Positions 1 through 10,006 of a stretch of DNA of 64,000 nt are shown here, piece after piece. A program made the translations under genes and the position numbers. This stretch comes from an uncultured Verrucomicrobiae bacterium. Lineage in GTDB: Bacteria; Verrucomicrobiota; Verrucomicrobiia; Chthoniobacterales; UBA10450. The stretch is taken from NCBI GenBank assembly GCA_963756875.1, contig CAVWPA010000001.1:256001-320000 (forward strand), written 5' to 3'. The notes under the pieces are model-generated. The model had not been told where the DNA came from. It was given only the letters and a program-made list of their open reading frames with translations, and did not search any database. Position 1 is the first letter of the stretch. Each line of letters starts with the position of its first letter.

Positions 1-161
1 TTCTTGCGCCATTCGCGTCGCAGCGCATGTGGCACATGGAAATCTTCCAGAGGAATAATCGCCCGGGGATCGGGAGAAAACCAGCCGATGGAATCGTCGG
101 CCATGGCCATCGGAAAAACGCCGAGCCGATAACCTTGCAACAGGAGCTCCGGATCAATCAT
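1..161 (-). CDS. aat: Leucyl/phenylalanyl-tRNA--protein transferase, 5' part (runs off window edge)
   Basis: Manual translation MIDPELLLQGYRLGVFPMAMADDSIGWFSPDPRAIIPLEDFHVPHALRR matches the typical Aat N-terminus (GxFPM...WxSPDPR). Confidence 0.9.
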   Translation of the reverse strand, partial: MIDPELLLQGYRLGVFPMAMADDSIGWFSPDPRAIIPLEDFHVPHALRREWRK

Positions 162-240
162 GTGATCGCAGTTTAGCCAGTTCCCTTCTGTTGTAGAGCA
201 CTCGCCGCGGCGAACGCCCTCTTCAATCTTGGCTTCAACC

Positions 241-268
241 TTGCAATGGGGTGTCTCTTTTCTAAAAT
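241..268 (+). promoter_or_regulatory. Putative sigma70 promoter, probably leaderless, for the lipoprotein-guaA unit
   Basis: TTGCAA-16 nt-TAAAAT, ending 6 nt before ATG 275; no SD sequence. Confidence 0.55.
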
Positions 269-274
269 AAGCAG

Positions 275-490
275 ATGAAGCGCATTCCAATCCTGTGCGC
301 GATTGCGATCGCTTTCGCGTTGCTTGCCGGTGGGTGCGCGGATCCGCTCGAGCAAAACGACATGCAAGATGCGGGCAACCGCCTCCAGCGCGGCCTTTCC
401 GGCCAGGGCCATTTGACCCAGGACGAATCAACGAATAATCCGACCGGTGCACCCTCCGAATCGGAAACGCCTCCCCAGTATCCGCAGTAG
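275..490 (+). CDS. Small lipoprotein
   Basis: Signal peptide with lipobox-like LAGG-C; stop overlaps the guaA GTG. Confidence 0.7.
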   Translation: MKRIPILCAIAIAFALLAGGCADPLEQNDMQDAGNRLQRGLSGQGHLTQDESTNNPTGAPSESETPPQYPQ

Positions 491-2086
491 TGAAAACAGC
501 CGCTCCTCCCGCGCATTCGAGAATTCTCATCCTCGATTTCGGTTCGCAGTACACTCAGGTAATCGCGCGCCGTATTCGCGAGTTGCAGGTTTACTCTGAA
601 ATTGTCCGTTTCGACATCCCGGCGGACGAAATCGCGGAGTTGAAGCCGAACGGCATCATCCTTTCGGGAGGCCCATCCAGCGTTTACGACAAAGGGGCAC
701 CACATCCCGATCCGCGGATTCTTGCACTGGGTATCCCCGTGCTTGGAATCTGTTACGGCATGCAATTGATGGCGCATCATCTTGGCGGGCAAGTCGAGTA
801 CAGCGCGCATCGGGAGGTACGGGCCGGGAATGCTGCACGTGACCGACAGCTCGGAATTGTTCGAGGGGATTGCGGACCAGCTCGATATCTGGAGCAGCCA
901 TGGAGACAGGCTTACCAAGTTGCCGGCAGGGTTTCAAAGCGCCGGACGCACTGAAAATTCTCCTTTCGCCGCAATTGAAGACCAGAAACGGAAACTTTAC
1001 GCGTTGCAATTTCATCCCGAGGTGTCGCACACGCCGCGCGGCAAAGAGATCCTGCAGAATTTTGTCTATCACATCTGCCACTGCGCGATGGATTGGACCA
1101 TGGGTTCCTTTATTGAGGAAGCGTGCGAGCGCATTCGAAAACAAGTCGGTGATGAAAAAGTCGTCCTCGGGTTAAGCGGCGGAGTCGACTCGTCGGTGAC
1201 TGCCGCGCTTTTGCACAAGGCGATTGGCGACCAGCTCACCTGCATCTTTGTGAACAACGGTTTGTTGCGTGCCCGCGAAGAAGAGATGGTGCAACGCGTT
1301 TTCGGCGAGAATTTCCATGTGCGTCTGAAATACGTCGATGCCAGCGAGCGTTTTCTCCGCGCGCTGGAAGGTGTTACCGATCCCGAACAAAAGCGCAAAA
1401 TTATCGGCAACCAATTCATCGAGGTCTTTCAGCACGCGACCGAAGAATTGCTGGCTGAAGATCGGAAGGGCAAGGCGGGCGGACACGGCGGCTACAAATT
1501 TCTCGCGCAGGGAACGCTTTATCCGGATGTGATCGAGAGCATTTCCATTGAGGGCAACCCGTCACAGGTGATCAAAAGTCACCACAACGTCGGCGGATTG
1601 CCGGAGAAGATGCACTTCGAGCTGGTCGAACCTGTGCGACAACTGTTCAAAGACGAGGTGCGGCAACTCGGTTTGCAGCTCGGTTTACCCAGGGAAATCG
1701 TTTACCGGCAACCATTTCCCGGCCCCGGCCTTGCTGTGCGGATCCTCGGCGAAGTCACGCCCGGAAGATTATCAATCCTGCGAGAAGCCGACACCATCGT
1801 TCAAAGCGAAATGGAAGCGGCCGATTGGTATTACAAGGTCTGGCAATCATTCGCCGTGCTGCTTCCGGTGCGTTCTGTCGGTGTAATGGGCGATCAGCGC
1901 ACGTACGAGAACACGGTCGTTCTGCGCATCGTCGAAAGCCAGGATGGAATGACCGCGGACTGGGTGCGGCTCCCGTTTGAACTGCTGGCGCGTATTTCCG
2001 CGCGCGTCAGCAACGAAGTCAAAGGGGTCAACCGCGTCTGCTACGACATCTCGAGCAAACCGCCCAGCACGATCGAGTGGGAATGA
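490..2086 (+). CDS. guaA: Glutamine-hydrolysing GMP synthase (1-nt frameshift near 815, probably a read error)
   Basis: [37 protein letters not shown] and C-terminal [10 protein letters not shown], split across ORFs 490..954 and 782..2086. Confidence 0.97.
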
Positions 2087-2092
2087 GAAGAA

Positions 2093-2122
2093 TTGCGGAT
2101 TTTCGATTTCGGATTGCGGATT
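2093..2122. repeat. Degenerate 7-nt tandem repeat (TTGCGGA/TTTCGGA)
   Basis: TTGCGGA TTTTCGA TTTCGGA TTGCGGA; the same unit recurs inside argJ at about 49860-49886. Confidence 0.75.
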
Positions 2123-2148
2123 AAGAGAAGACCATCGCCGTAAAATCC

Positions 2149-2619
2149 GTGAGCAAGAGCACGCGAGGAAAATCTGCGAGTCGCAAAAAAGCGCGCCCGC
2201 TCTGGAAATGCCCGAAGTGCGGGGAACAATTCACCGGACGAAACGTGTGGCACTCGTGCGGGAAATTTTCGCTCGATGATCTTTTCACGCGCAGGGATCC
2301 ACACGTTCGGAGAATTTTCCACAAGTTTGCGGGGATGGTGCGCGCCTGCGGTCGTTCGCGGACGATTCCGCAAAAGACGCGCGTCGTCTTCCAAACGCGA
2401 GTTCGGTTTGCCGGCGCCACGCCCCGGAAATCCTACCTGATTTGTCATTTTATCCTGCCGCGCAAGGTTAGCTACTCGCGCTTTCACAAGATTGAAACGT
2501 TCAATCCGCGCTGTCACGCGCATTACTTGCGGATCGATTCTGAAAAAGATTTGAATCGCGACGTCGCGCGCTGCCTAAGAGAAGCTTACGCCGTCGGTCA
2601 GCAGAAGCATTTATTGTAG
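2149..2619 (+). CDS. DUF5655-like protein with N-terminal CxxC zinc ribbon
   Basis: WKCPKCG...HSCG followed by the ...LREAY fold typical of DUF5655 proteins. Confidence 0.7.
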   Translation: MSKSTRGKSASRKKARPLWKCPKCGEQFTGRNVWHSCGKFSLDDLFTRRDPHVRRIFHKFAGMVRACGRSRTIPQKTRVVFQTRVRFAGATPRKSYLICHFILPRKVSYSRFHKIETFNPRCHAHYLRIDSEKDLNRDVARCLREAYAVGQQKHLL

Positions 2620-2675
2620 GGCGTCTGTGCCAGACGCCATTTTAAAAGCGGCGTTTGGCACAAAACGCCCTACAA
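2614..2675. repeat. GTAG-type REP-like palindromic doublet
   Basis: TTGTAGGGCG...CGCCCTACAA terminal inverted repeat with internal hairpins; its TAG is the stop codon of the upstream gene. Confidence 0.85.
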
Positions 2676-2716
2676 CTTCGTATTCGACAGAGCATCGGCA
2701 CCTATTTCAGGATTGA

Positions 2717-5395
2717 ATGTGCATGAACGCTGAGCAAGCCCGTCTTCAGGAAAATAGTTCGCCAGAAGAGCCCTGGTATTTTTGGGGCCCGTACCTGGCG
2801 GAACGAGGGTGGGCTACGGTGCGCGAAGATTACAGCGCCAACGGCGACGCCTGGAATTATTTTCCGCACGACCACGCCCGTTCGCGCGTCTACCGCTGGA
2901 ATGAAGACGGAATTGGCGGGATCTGCGACCATAAGCAGCATCTTTGCTTTAGCTTCGCCTTTTGGAACGAGCGCGACCCGTTTCTAAAAGAGCGCCTCTT
3001 TGGCGTAACCGGACCCCAGGGGAACCATGGCGAAGACGTGAAGGAGCTTTACTTCTATACCGACTCGACGCCGTCGCACAGCTACATGTCGATGTCGTAC
3101 CGCTATCCGCACAATGAGTTTCCTTACGGCGAACTCCTCAGGCAAAGCGCTGAGCGCGGTAAACTCGATCGCGAGTTTGAAATTTGGGACACCGGCATTT
3201 TCGCCGACAACCGTTTTTTTGATATCGAGATCGAGTACGCGAAGGCCGGTCCCCACGACATCCTGATTCGCGCGACGGCCACCAATTGCGGACCCGATGT
3301 CGCGGTGTTGCATCTGCTTCCGACCATCTGGTTTCGCAATACCTGGAGCTGGGGCCGGGACAACTGCAAACCCAGTCTGCAGGAGACGGCGCAAAGCGAC
3401 GCGCAGATCGGCGTCATCGATGCGGTTCACGAGGTGCTGGGCAAGTATTGTTTGTTCTGCGAAGACGCTGCCGATCTTTTTTTCACTGAGAATGAAAGCA
3501 ATCTCGAGCGCCTGTGGGGTGTGGCTAATTCAACGCCGTTCCTTAAAGACTCAATCAACGACCATGTTGTTCACGGCAGGATCGACGCTCTCAATCCGCA
3601 GCGTGTCGGCACAAAGGCAGCCGCGCACTACAAATTTGAAATTCCACCTAACGAATCGCGCACGATTCGCCTGCGATTGAAGCGGGGCGACGGGTGGGGG
3701 AAGACACGCGAAGCGTTTCGCGACTTCGACAACCTTTTCGACAAGCGTCGCGAGGAAGCAGACCAATTCTATTCGGATCTCGCGCCCGCGTCCCTGAACG
3801 GCGAGCAGTCCGCGATCCAACGGCAGGCTTTTGCAGGCCTCCTTTGGAACAAGCAGTTTTATCATTACATCGTGGAGCAATGGCTCGACGGCGATCCGGG
3901 CCAGCCCGTCCCGCCGGAAGAGCGCCAATTCGGCCGCAACTCGGAATGGCGCCATCTTTATAACGAACGCGTCATGTCGATGCCGGACAAATGGGAATAC
4001 CCATGGTACGCCTCGTGGGACCTGGCGTTCCATTGCCTCCCGCTGGCGCTGGTCGACGTAAACTTTGCCAAGTCGCAGCTCGATCTCATCGTGCGCGAGT
4101 GGTACCAGCATCCCAACGGCCAGATTCCCGCTTACGAGTGGAACTTTAACGACGTAAACCCTCCCGTGCTGGCCTGGGCGGCGTGGCGCGTTTACCAGAT
4201 CGAGCGCAAACAAAAGGGCAAAGGCGACCGCGCATTTCTGGAAACGATCTTCCACAAAATGCTTCTCACCTTTACCTGGTGGGTGAACCGCAAGGACTCA
4301 GAGGGTAACAATATTTTCCAGGGGGGCTTTCTGGGCCTCGACAACATCGGCGTTTTCGATCGGAACACCTCTTTTTCGGATGGCAGCCGTCTTGAGCAAA
4401 GCGACGGCACCAGTTGGATGGGAATGTTTTCTCTCAATCTGATGCGAATCGCGATCGAGCTGGCGCGTGAGAACCCGGTTTACGAAAATATCGCCACAAA
4501 GTTTTTCGAACACTTCCTTGGGATCGCAGCCGCCATGAACAATCTCGGCGGCAAAGGCGTCGGGCTCTGGAATGAGGAAGACGAATTCTACTACGATATG
4601 CTGCGCACTCCGGGCGGCCGGTATTTGCCGCTTAAGGTGCGCTCGGTAGTGGGACTGATGCCGTTGCTGGCGGTCGAAACCATCCAACCGCAGTTGATCG
4701 ACATGCTGCCTGGGTTCAAAGCGCGATTGGAATGGTATTTGAGACATCGACCCGATCTTGCCAGCCTGGTCTCACGCTGGCAGGAACCGGGCATGGGCGA
4801 ACGCCGGCTCGTTGCGCTCACCCGGGGGCATCGCATGAAATGTTTGCTGCGGCGCATGCTCGATCCCGACGAATTTCTGAGTGACTACGGCGTGCGTTCG
4901 GTGAGCAAGTATCACAAGGACCATCCTTATGTGCTGACCGTGCGCGGCGAAGAAAGAGTGGTCAATTATGAGCCGGCCGAATCGCAGACCGGAATTTTCG
5001 GCGGCAACTCAAACTGGCGCGGACCGGTCTGGTTTCCCATCAATTACCTGCTGATCGAATCGCTCCAGCAATTTCATCATTACTATGGCGATGATTTCAA
5101 AGTGGAATGTCCCACCGGCTCGGGACAGTTCCTGCATCTGAACGAGGTGGCCAACCATCTCTCCAATCGGCTCATCAAACTCTGGATGCGCGACAATATG
5201 GGAGAGCGACCGTGCGAACGCGCATCGCGATATCAAACGGCGCGTGAGGAGGACCGGCAACACCGGTACCTTTTCCACGAATATTTTCACGGCGACACGG
5301 GCGCAGGCCTTGGCGCCTCCCATCAAACCGGCTGGACCGCTCTGGTCGCCAAACTCATTCAGCAGCAAGGCGAATTCGGCACAATCACAAAATAA
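2717..5395 (+). CDS. MGH1/GH63-like glycoside hydrolase (putative glucosidase)
   Basis: [61 protein letters not shown]. Confidence 0.88.
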   Translation: MCMNAEQARLQENSSPEEPWYFWGPYLAERGWATVREDYSANGDAWNYFPHDHARSRVYRWNEDGIGGICDHKQHLCFSFAFWNERDPFLKERLFGVTGPQGNHGEDVKELYFYTDSTPSHSYMSMSYRYPHNEFPYGELLRQSAERGKLDREFEIWDTGIFADNRFFDIEIEYAKAGPHDILIRATATNCGPDVAVLHLLPTIWFRNTWSWGRDNCKPSLQETAQSDAQIGVIDAVHEVLGKYCLFCEDAADLFFTENESNLERLWGVANSTPFLKDSINDHVVHGRIDALNPQRVGTKAAAHYKFEIPPNESRTIRLRLKRGDGWGKTREAFRDFDNLFDKRREEADQFYSDLAPASLNGEQSAIQRQAFAGLLWNKQFYHYIVEQWLDGDPGQPVPPEERQFGRNSEWRHLYNERVMSMPDKWEYPWYASWDLAFHCLPLALVDVNFAKSQLDLIVREWYQHPNGQIPAYEWNFNDVNPPVLAWAAWRVYQIERKQKGKGDRAFLETIFHKMLLTFTWWVNRKDSEGNNIFQGGFLGLDNIGVFDRNTSFSDGSRLEQSDGTSWMGMFSLNLMRIAIELARENPVYENIATKFFEHFLGIAAAMNNLGGKGVGLWNEEDEFYYDMLRTPGGRYLPLKVRSVVGLMPLLAVETIQPQLIDMLPGFKARLEWYLRHRPDLASLVSRWQEPGMGERRLVALTRGHRMKCLLRRMLDPDEFLSDYGVRSVSKYHKDHPYVLTVRGEERVVNYEPAESQTGIFGGNSNWRGPVWFPINYLLIESLQQFHHYYGDDFKVECPTGSGQFLHLNEVANHLSNRLIKLWMRDNMGERPCERASRYQTAREEDRQHRYLFHEYFHGDTGAGLGASHQTGWTALVAKLIQQQGEFGTITK

Positions 5396-5431
5396 TCGAC
5401 TCAGTTCCGAATCGGCTATTAATTTCGGAAA

Positions 5432-5743
5432 GTGATTTTCCACGCCTGCAGAGTGGACGGAACCAAGCTGGGTGAATTCGAGGAACCGGAATTTCAGTCC
5501 AGGCTTTTCGCCGGCGAATTAACCGCGGCCGATTACTACTGGCATGAAGGAATGGAGGATTGGAAGCCGATTTCCGAGTATCGCTTGCTCGCCAAGACCC
5601 AGAAAATCTCGTTCGCTCCGCCGATGCGCGCCACAGTCAAGATCGACATGGACGCCGCCTCGCGCTCCGATCCGCCATCGCGCAAATCGAAACCTCAAAG
5701 CTTTGTTTCTCGTCTTATCGAGCGAATCAAGGGCCGGAACTAG
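5432..5743 (+). CDS. GYF_2/DUF4339-like domain protein
   Basis: GELTAADYYWHEGMEDWKP motif. Confidence 0.7.
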   Translation: MIFHACRVDGTKLGEFEEPEFQSRLFAGELTAADYYWHEGMEDWKPISEYRLLAKTQKISFAPPMRATVKIDMDAASRSDPPSRKSKPQSFVSRLIERIKGRN

Positions 5744-5867
5744 CTTGCCGCCGCATACGACAGCGAAGAGCGCGAATCTTTAATTCTACTCGTTCACATT
5801 CACATGCTCTCAGTTGGTATTCAGTCAGCAGCCGAGTAAGAGCACGTGTAAGAGCAAGACTAAAGAA

Positions 5868-6194
5868 TCACCGCCGCATAATGTGGATGGCGAGAATTCG
5901 GGCTTGATGACGGGCCAGCAGATAATCGACGAAATCGCCGATGATCGAGTTTGGCTTGTGCCCAAGCTTCGTGACAACGCGGCAAATCAATGTGCCGCTG
6001 CGCGCGTGCCACTCCAGGTTGATCGCGCCGTGAAGATCGCGAGCGCTATGTATTTTCGCCCAGCCATGCGGCCTGCCAGGCTGCTTGGCCCAGACCTTGA
6101 TGAAGCCGAATTTTTTCTCCAACTGCGGGTCGTTCATGATCTTATTGCGCAACGACCCGCGCCCGGTTGTGATCACCTGAATCACCGTTTGCAT
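5868..6194 (-). CDS. Hypothetical protein
   Basis: Globular-looking 108-aa ORF from MQTVIQV; the longer ORF start lies inside a REP. Confidence 0.6.
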   Translation of the reverse strand: MQTVIQVITTGRGSLRNKIMNDPQLEKKFGFIKVWAKQPGRPHGWAKIHSARDLHGAINLEWHARSGTLICRVVTKLGHKPNSIIGDFVDYLLARHQARILAIHIMRR

Positions 6195-6262
6195 CTGGTC
6201 GTTAGGTTCGATCCGTAACGGCGTTTTGCAACGACAAGAATTGCGACGCAACGGCGCCCATG

Positions 6263-6321
6263 TTGTAGCCACGGCGCTCTGTCGCCGTGTCCCGCGCCTC
6301 GACAGAACGGGGCGACTACAA
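6263..6321. repeat. REP-like doublet, TGTAGCCACGG family
   Basis: TTGTAGCC...GACTACAA; related copies at about 24428, 45063, 46911 and 51973. Confidence 0.85.
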
Positions 6322-6813
6322 TAACGAACGGAACATCACATAAACATCGACATAACCTCTGGCCGGATGCCGAAAGGCTCCCGGTAAAGTGCCCACGATC
6401 TCGAATCCGAACTCCTTCCAGAGGTGCACGGCAGATTCATTGGCGGAAACGACAAAATTGAATTGCATGGCGCGGAAGCCTAGCCGGTGCGCTTCCTGGA
6501 GAGAATGCTCACACATCGCGCGCCCAATGTGGTGTCCACGCGCAGGAGACGAAACCATATAACCTGCATTGGCCACGTGAGCGCCCCCGCCCTCGTGATT
6601 TCTAGCGAGATAATAGCTACCCGTTACACGCCCATTTTGTTCCGCAACGTAGGTGTGTTTGTCCGATCCACACCAGAAAGCCATCGCATCTTTACGCGAC
6701 ATTTGCGCATCAAAGGCAAAAACGTTTTTCTCGGAAATGATCTCACGAAACATCTCCCAGATCGCATTCCGGTCCCCATGGGTCGCCTCGCGAATCGATA
6801 AGGTGGCGTTCAT
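6316..6813 (-). CDS. GNAT family N-acetyltransferase
   Basis: HVANAGYMV...RGHHIGR, MQFNFVVSANESAVHLW. Confidence 0.9.
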   Translation of the reverse strand: MNATLSIREATHGDRNAIWEMFREIISEKNVFAFDAQMSRKDAMAFWCGSDKHTYVAEQNGRVTGSYYLARNHEGGGAHVANAGYMVSSPARGHHIGRAMCEHSLQEAHRLGFRAMQFNFVVSANESAVHLWKEFGFEIVGTLPGAFRHPARGYVDVYVMFRSLL

Positions 6814-6828
6814 TATGGTCTGTGTTTG

Positions 6829-6963
6829 CCCGCGAATTACGCGAATCAGGAGAATAAAATTTCAGTCATGTCTGTAGGTGAAGCTGCTTCTTCCAAAGTC
6901 GCAGTATTCGCGTCTATTCGCGCTTGCCACGCCGTAGCAAGCGAAGGCGGGTGTTTCGCGGGC
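6829..6963. repeat. Composite: inverted ~9-nt repeats (GCGAAT/ATTCGC) with a nested small palindrome
   Basis: CCGCGAATTACGCGAAT...TATTCGCGTCTATTCGCGC[CCACGCCGTAGCAAGCGAAGGCGGG]TGTTTCGCGGG. Confidence 0.7.
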
Positions 6964-7415
6964 TAAATTTTCGAAGGTGCGCCTCGCAGCAAAAGGACGG
7001 CGAGCGCCGCCAGAATCCCAAGATCGAGCGCAAGATGACCCGTAAAACTCCAGCTTTTGCTGGCGTGACCGAAGCAGCCGCACGTGATGTCGAGTCCACG
7101 CGCTTTTGCGACGATCGTCGCGCCGATGAAAATCAACGTGAGCGCGGTCAGGATCGATAGTCCGCCGCGATAAAGAACCCGAACGATCAGTGCGATGCCG
7201 CACAGAATTTCCAGCCACGGCAGATAAAACGCGAGACGAACGCCAATCGCCCATGGCAAAATCTTGTAATTATCGATGTCGTTGGCAAACCCGATGGGAT
7301 CGAGCGCCTTGATCGCGCCGGCATAGATGAAAATGCCGCCGACGATGATATCCACAATTCGCCAGACGAATTGCGGAACAGTTGAAAGTTGAGAGTTGAG
7401 AGTTGAAGAATTCAC
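6963..7415 (-). CDS. MauE/DoxX family redox-associated membrane protein
   Basis: Four TM segments, LPWLE, RGLDITCGCFG; the N-terminus derives from 7-nt repeats. Confidence 0.88.
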   Translation of the reverse strand: MNSSTLNSQLSTVPQFVWRIVDIIVGGIFIYAGAIKALDPIGFANDIDNYKILPWAIGVRLAFYLPWLEILCGIALIVRVLYRGGLSILTALTLIFIGATIVAKARGLDITCGCFGHASKSWSFTGHLALDLGILAALAVLLLRGAPSKI

Positions 7416-7500
7416 GGCGCGGGAGGCCGCGGTCAGCGACCGCGGCTACAACATCTGAGTTCGACATTGGGCGTTGGACGTTGGGCGTTGGGCGTTCGGC
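7381..7500. repeat. Composite: two 7-nt repeat tracts plus a TGTAGCCGCGG palindrome
   Basis: GTTGAAA GTTGAGA GTTGAGA; CGTTGGA CGTTGGG CGTTGGG; GCCGCGGTCAGCGACCGCGGCTACA. Confidence 0.75.
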
Positions 7501-7507
7501 GTTTGTT

Positions 7508-7936
7508 TCATCTCTTCTCTTTAAGCCATTCTTCCCAGCCGCCCGCGAGCACATAGACATTTTTTAGCTCCGCTTCGTCACGCAATCGTTTCGCGACTTC
7601 CAGGGCCGCGTTGCAACTCAGGCTGCTGCAGTAAACCACCACCTTTTTTTCCGGCGACCAGCGAGCCAGGAATTGCGGCAGCAATTCGTTCCAGCGGTCT
7701 TCGTTAAGTGAAATCGCTCCGGGAACATGGGCGCGCGCGAACTCGTCGTCCGGCCGCGCGTCGACCCACATGGCGTTGCCGCCCCAGGCCTCTGCCTGCG
7801 CGACTGTTACCAGGTCGGACGCTCGAACCGGTGATTGCCACGAAACCCTGTCCCGAAAATGAATCGCTTCGCCAATGGCCGGCAGGAACGCCAGCGTGAC
7901 GAGCAGCAGTGCCTGTCGGATTGCGCGCGACTTCAC
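7508..7936 (-). CDS. Rhodanese-like domain protein
   Basis: VDAR...HVPGAISL, VVVYC, VYVLAGGWEEW. Confidence 0.9.
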   Translation of the reverse strand: MKSRAIRQALLLVTLAFLPAIGEAIHFRDRVSWQSPVRASDLVTVAQAEAWGGNAMWVDARPDDEFARAHVPGAISLNEDRWNELLPQFLARWSPEKKVVVYCSSLSCNAALEVAKRLRDEAELKNVYVLAGGWEEWLKEKR

Positions 7937-7941
7937 ACCGG

Positions 7942-8682
7942 CTAGCGGCTTATCGACGACGAAGGTTTCGCAACTGGGGTCGCGGCGGGGTGCTGTTTGG
8001 CCGCGGACGACATCGCTGGTGCCGGCATTATGCGAGCCGTCGCGTAGAACACGTTGGACGGATAGTTGGGATAATTCGGTCTGATCGTTATCGCCCCGAA
8101 AGCCGCGCGGTTGGTGTCGTGCGGTTGGACAGTAATCAGAAACTCTCCCGAGGCGGGTCCCCGCTGTACCTTTGTCGTAAAATCCGGGTTGGAAGAGGTA
8201 ACATTGAGTTCCGTGATCGCGACCCCTTGATTCGTTTTGACCGTGATCGTCTTGGGTTTTGGTTCTTCTCCGCCCTGCCAGTAAACGAGTACCGGTTTCA
8301 TGGTGAGCAGCTGCGGAATTTCCGTTTTGAGGGTCAGAATCGTAGTAGCACTCTTGGGATCGGGATCGTCGGTTTGGACGGTAACCGTCTTCACCTGTGT
8401 GCCGTTGCGGCCGCCGATGTTGAACGTCGCGGTGATCTCGCCTTTTTCGCCAGGATCAACCTGTTTTTTTTGCGTTCGCGCCGCGGTGCAACCGCAGGAA
8501 GCGCGGACCATCTTAAAATGCAACGGCGTCTTCCCGACGTTTTCATATTTAAAGTGGGCGACGGCTTGCTTGTCGCCAATGGCCGGATGCAGATCGACGG
8601 TGGTCTGTTCCCATTTCAATTCGGCCTGCGCGGCCGCGGCAAGCAGGATCGATAACGCGAGAGGAAGAATGCAGGTTTTCAT
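7942..8682 (-). CDS. DUF1573 domain secreted protein
   Basis: Signal peptide; F.YENVG..PL...ASCGCT...PGEKGEI. Confidence 0.85.
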   Translation of the reverse strand: MKTCILPLALSILLAAAAQAELKWEQTTVDLHPAIGDKQAVAHFKYENVGKTPLHFKMVRASCGCTAARTQKKQVDPGEKGEITATFNIGGRNGTQVKTVTVQTDDPDPKSATTILTLKTEIPQLLTMKPVLVYWQGGEEPKPKTITVKTNQGVAITELNVTSSNPDFTTKVQRGPASGEFLITVQPHDTNRAAFGAITIRPNYPNYPSNVFYATARIMPAPAMSSAAKQHPAATPVAKPSSSISR

Positions 8683-9603
8683 TTTTTCGAATAGAAACGC
8701 TCAATATAATCAGCCACGGCGTCACGCCAAGTGCGGGGCGGTGTGCCAGTGAGAGATGCGAATTTTGCGGTGGAAAGGACGGAGTACACCGGGCGGCGCG
8801 CGATCCAATCTTTCATCTCGCGAAGTTTCAATGCGCCAACTTTCTTCGCTTTCAGCGGAATGCCTGACGAATGGCAACAATCGAGCGCAAATTGGGCGTA
8901 CTCCTGCCAGCTGCACTCGCCGGTATTCGCAAAATGCAGAATGCCGCGGTAATCAGCGGCGATGTTGGTAGGGACGCCGCGCTGCGGCGTCCGCGGACGG
9001 TGCTCATGGGCATTGAGAAATATCAGCAACATTTCGGCGATATCGTGCGTGTATGTAGGCGTGGAAAATTTGTCTGCGATCGCTTCGACATGCTCTTCTT
9101 TGCGCGCCCGCTCGATGATCGCGTCCACAAAGCTCGGCCGATCCGGACCAAAGACCCACGAGACGCGCACGACGAGGTGCTGCGGTCCAGCGTCCAAAAC
9201 ATTCTTTTCTCCCGCGCGTTTCGATTCGCCGTAAACATTAACCGGGTTTGCCGGATCTTCTTCCGTGTACGGTTCGCGTTTCTCGCCGTCGAAAACGTAG
9301 TCAGTACTGAAATGGATAAGCTTTGCGTTCTTTTGCGTGCAGATTTCGGCAAAGAGCTTTGGCGCTTGCGCATTAATTCGAAGAGCCTGGTCGCGTTGCG
9401 TCTCGCAGAGATCGACATTCGTAAACGCAGCGGTATTGATCAGCACGTCAAAATCGAGCGGCGAGATCCAATCGGTGATTTGTTTTTCATCGCTCAGATC
9501 GAGTTGTTCGTGATCGAAACCCAGGATCTCGAATTTATCGCGATAGGCGCGCATGAGCGCGCCGCCGAGACGGCCGCCTGCACCGATGATGACAATTTTG
9601 CAT
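8679..9603 (-). CDS. rfbD: dTDP-4-dehydrorhamnose reductase (1-nt insertion just after the ATG; in-frame REP insert)
   Basis: KIVIIGAGGRLG, NTAAFTNVD, STDYVFDG, YGESK. Confidence 0.93.
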
Positions 9604-9607
9604 TCTT

Positions 9608-9688
9608 GTGTAGCGGCGCTCTATGAGCGGCGCATTATTCTACAAAGTGAACTTCGAGCGACCCCGAACGCTTTCGGGGCCGCTACAA
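9608..9688. repeat. REP-like element (TGTAGCGGCG family) with inner CCCCGAACGCTTTCGGGG hairpin
   Basis: TGTAGCGGC...GCCGCTACA. Confidence 0.75.
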
Positions 9689-9689
9689 G

Positions 9690-9757
9690 TCAATATCTGC
9701 CCGTGAGCTCCAGTAATCGGTTGCCACCAAGCTTCATTGTCGATGTACCACTGAACG
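9690..9757 (-). pseudogene. Displaced rfbB 3'-end remnant B
   Basis: Translates (1 indel) as VQWYIDNEAWWQP/LLELTGRY*, versus RfbB IEWYMDHPDWWQPLLERAGRY. Confidence 0.85.
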
Positions 9758-9777
9758 GCTCGCATAGAGCGCGGGCC

Positions 9778-9865
9778 AGGTGGATCGACCGCTCCGCGGG
9801 CGATGCTAGATGTGGCGCCGAAGGCGCACTGCCCAACATCGAGCAAAGGACTGCTCGATCCGCCT
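9778..9865. repeat. Imperfect palindromic element between the rfbB remnants
   Basis: AGGTGGATCGA...CGATG and CATCG...TCGATCCGCCT form inverted arms. Confidence 0.65.
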
Positions 9866-10003
9866 AGTACCTTCCCGTTCGCTCGAGCAGCGGTTGGCCA
9901 CCAAGACTTGATGATCGATGTACGATTGAATTGTTTCCAGGAGGGCGTGCTCAAAGTTGCGCCGCGGTTTCCATTTCGGTTCGCGCAGCGCGAAAGAAGA
10001 ATC
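9864..10003 (-). pseudogene. Displaced rfbB 3'-end remnant A, distal part
   Basis: DSSFALREPKWKPRRNFEHALLETIQSYIDHQ/SWW/QPLLERTGRY*, versus RfbB DSSFAQRELKWKPHRNFEHGLSETIEWYMDHPDWWQPLLERAGRY. Confidence 0.92.
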
Positions 10004-10006
10004 ATT

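Noticed and set aside
5741..5785. Possible displaced 3' end of the 5868 gene or of the MauE gene
   Set aside because: The similarity (IRALRCRMRR vs ILAIHIMRR) is too weak to support.
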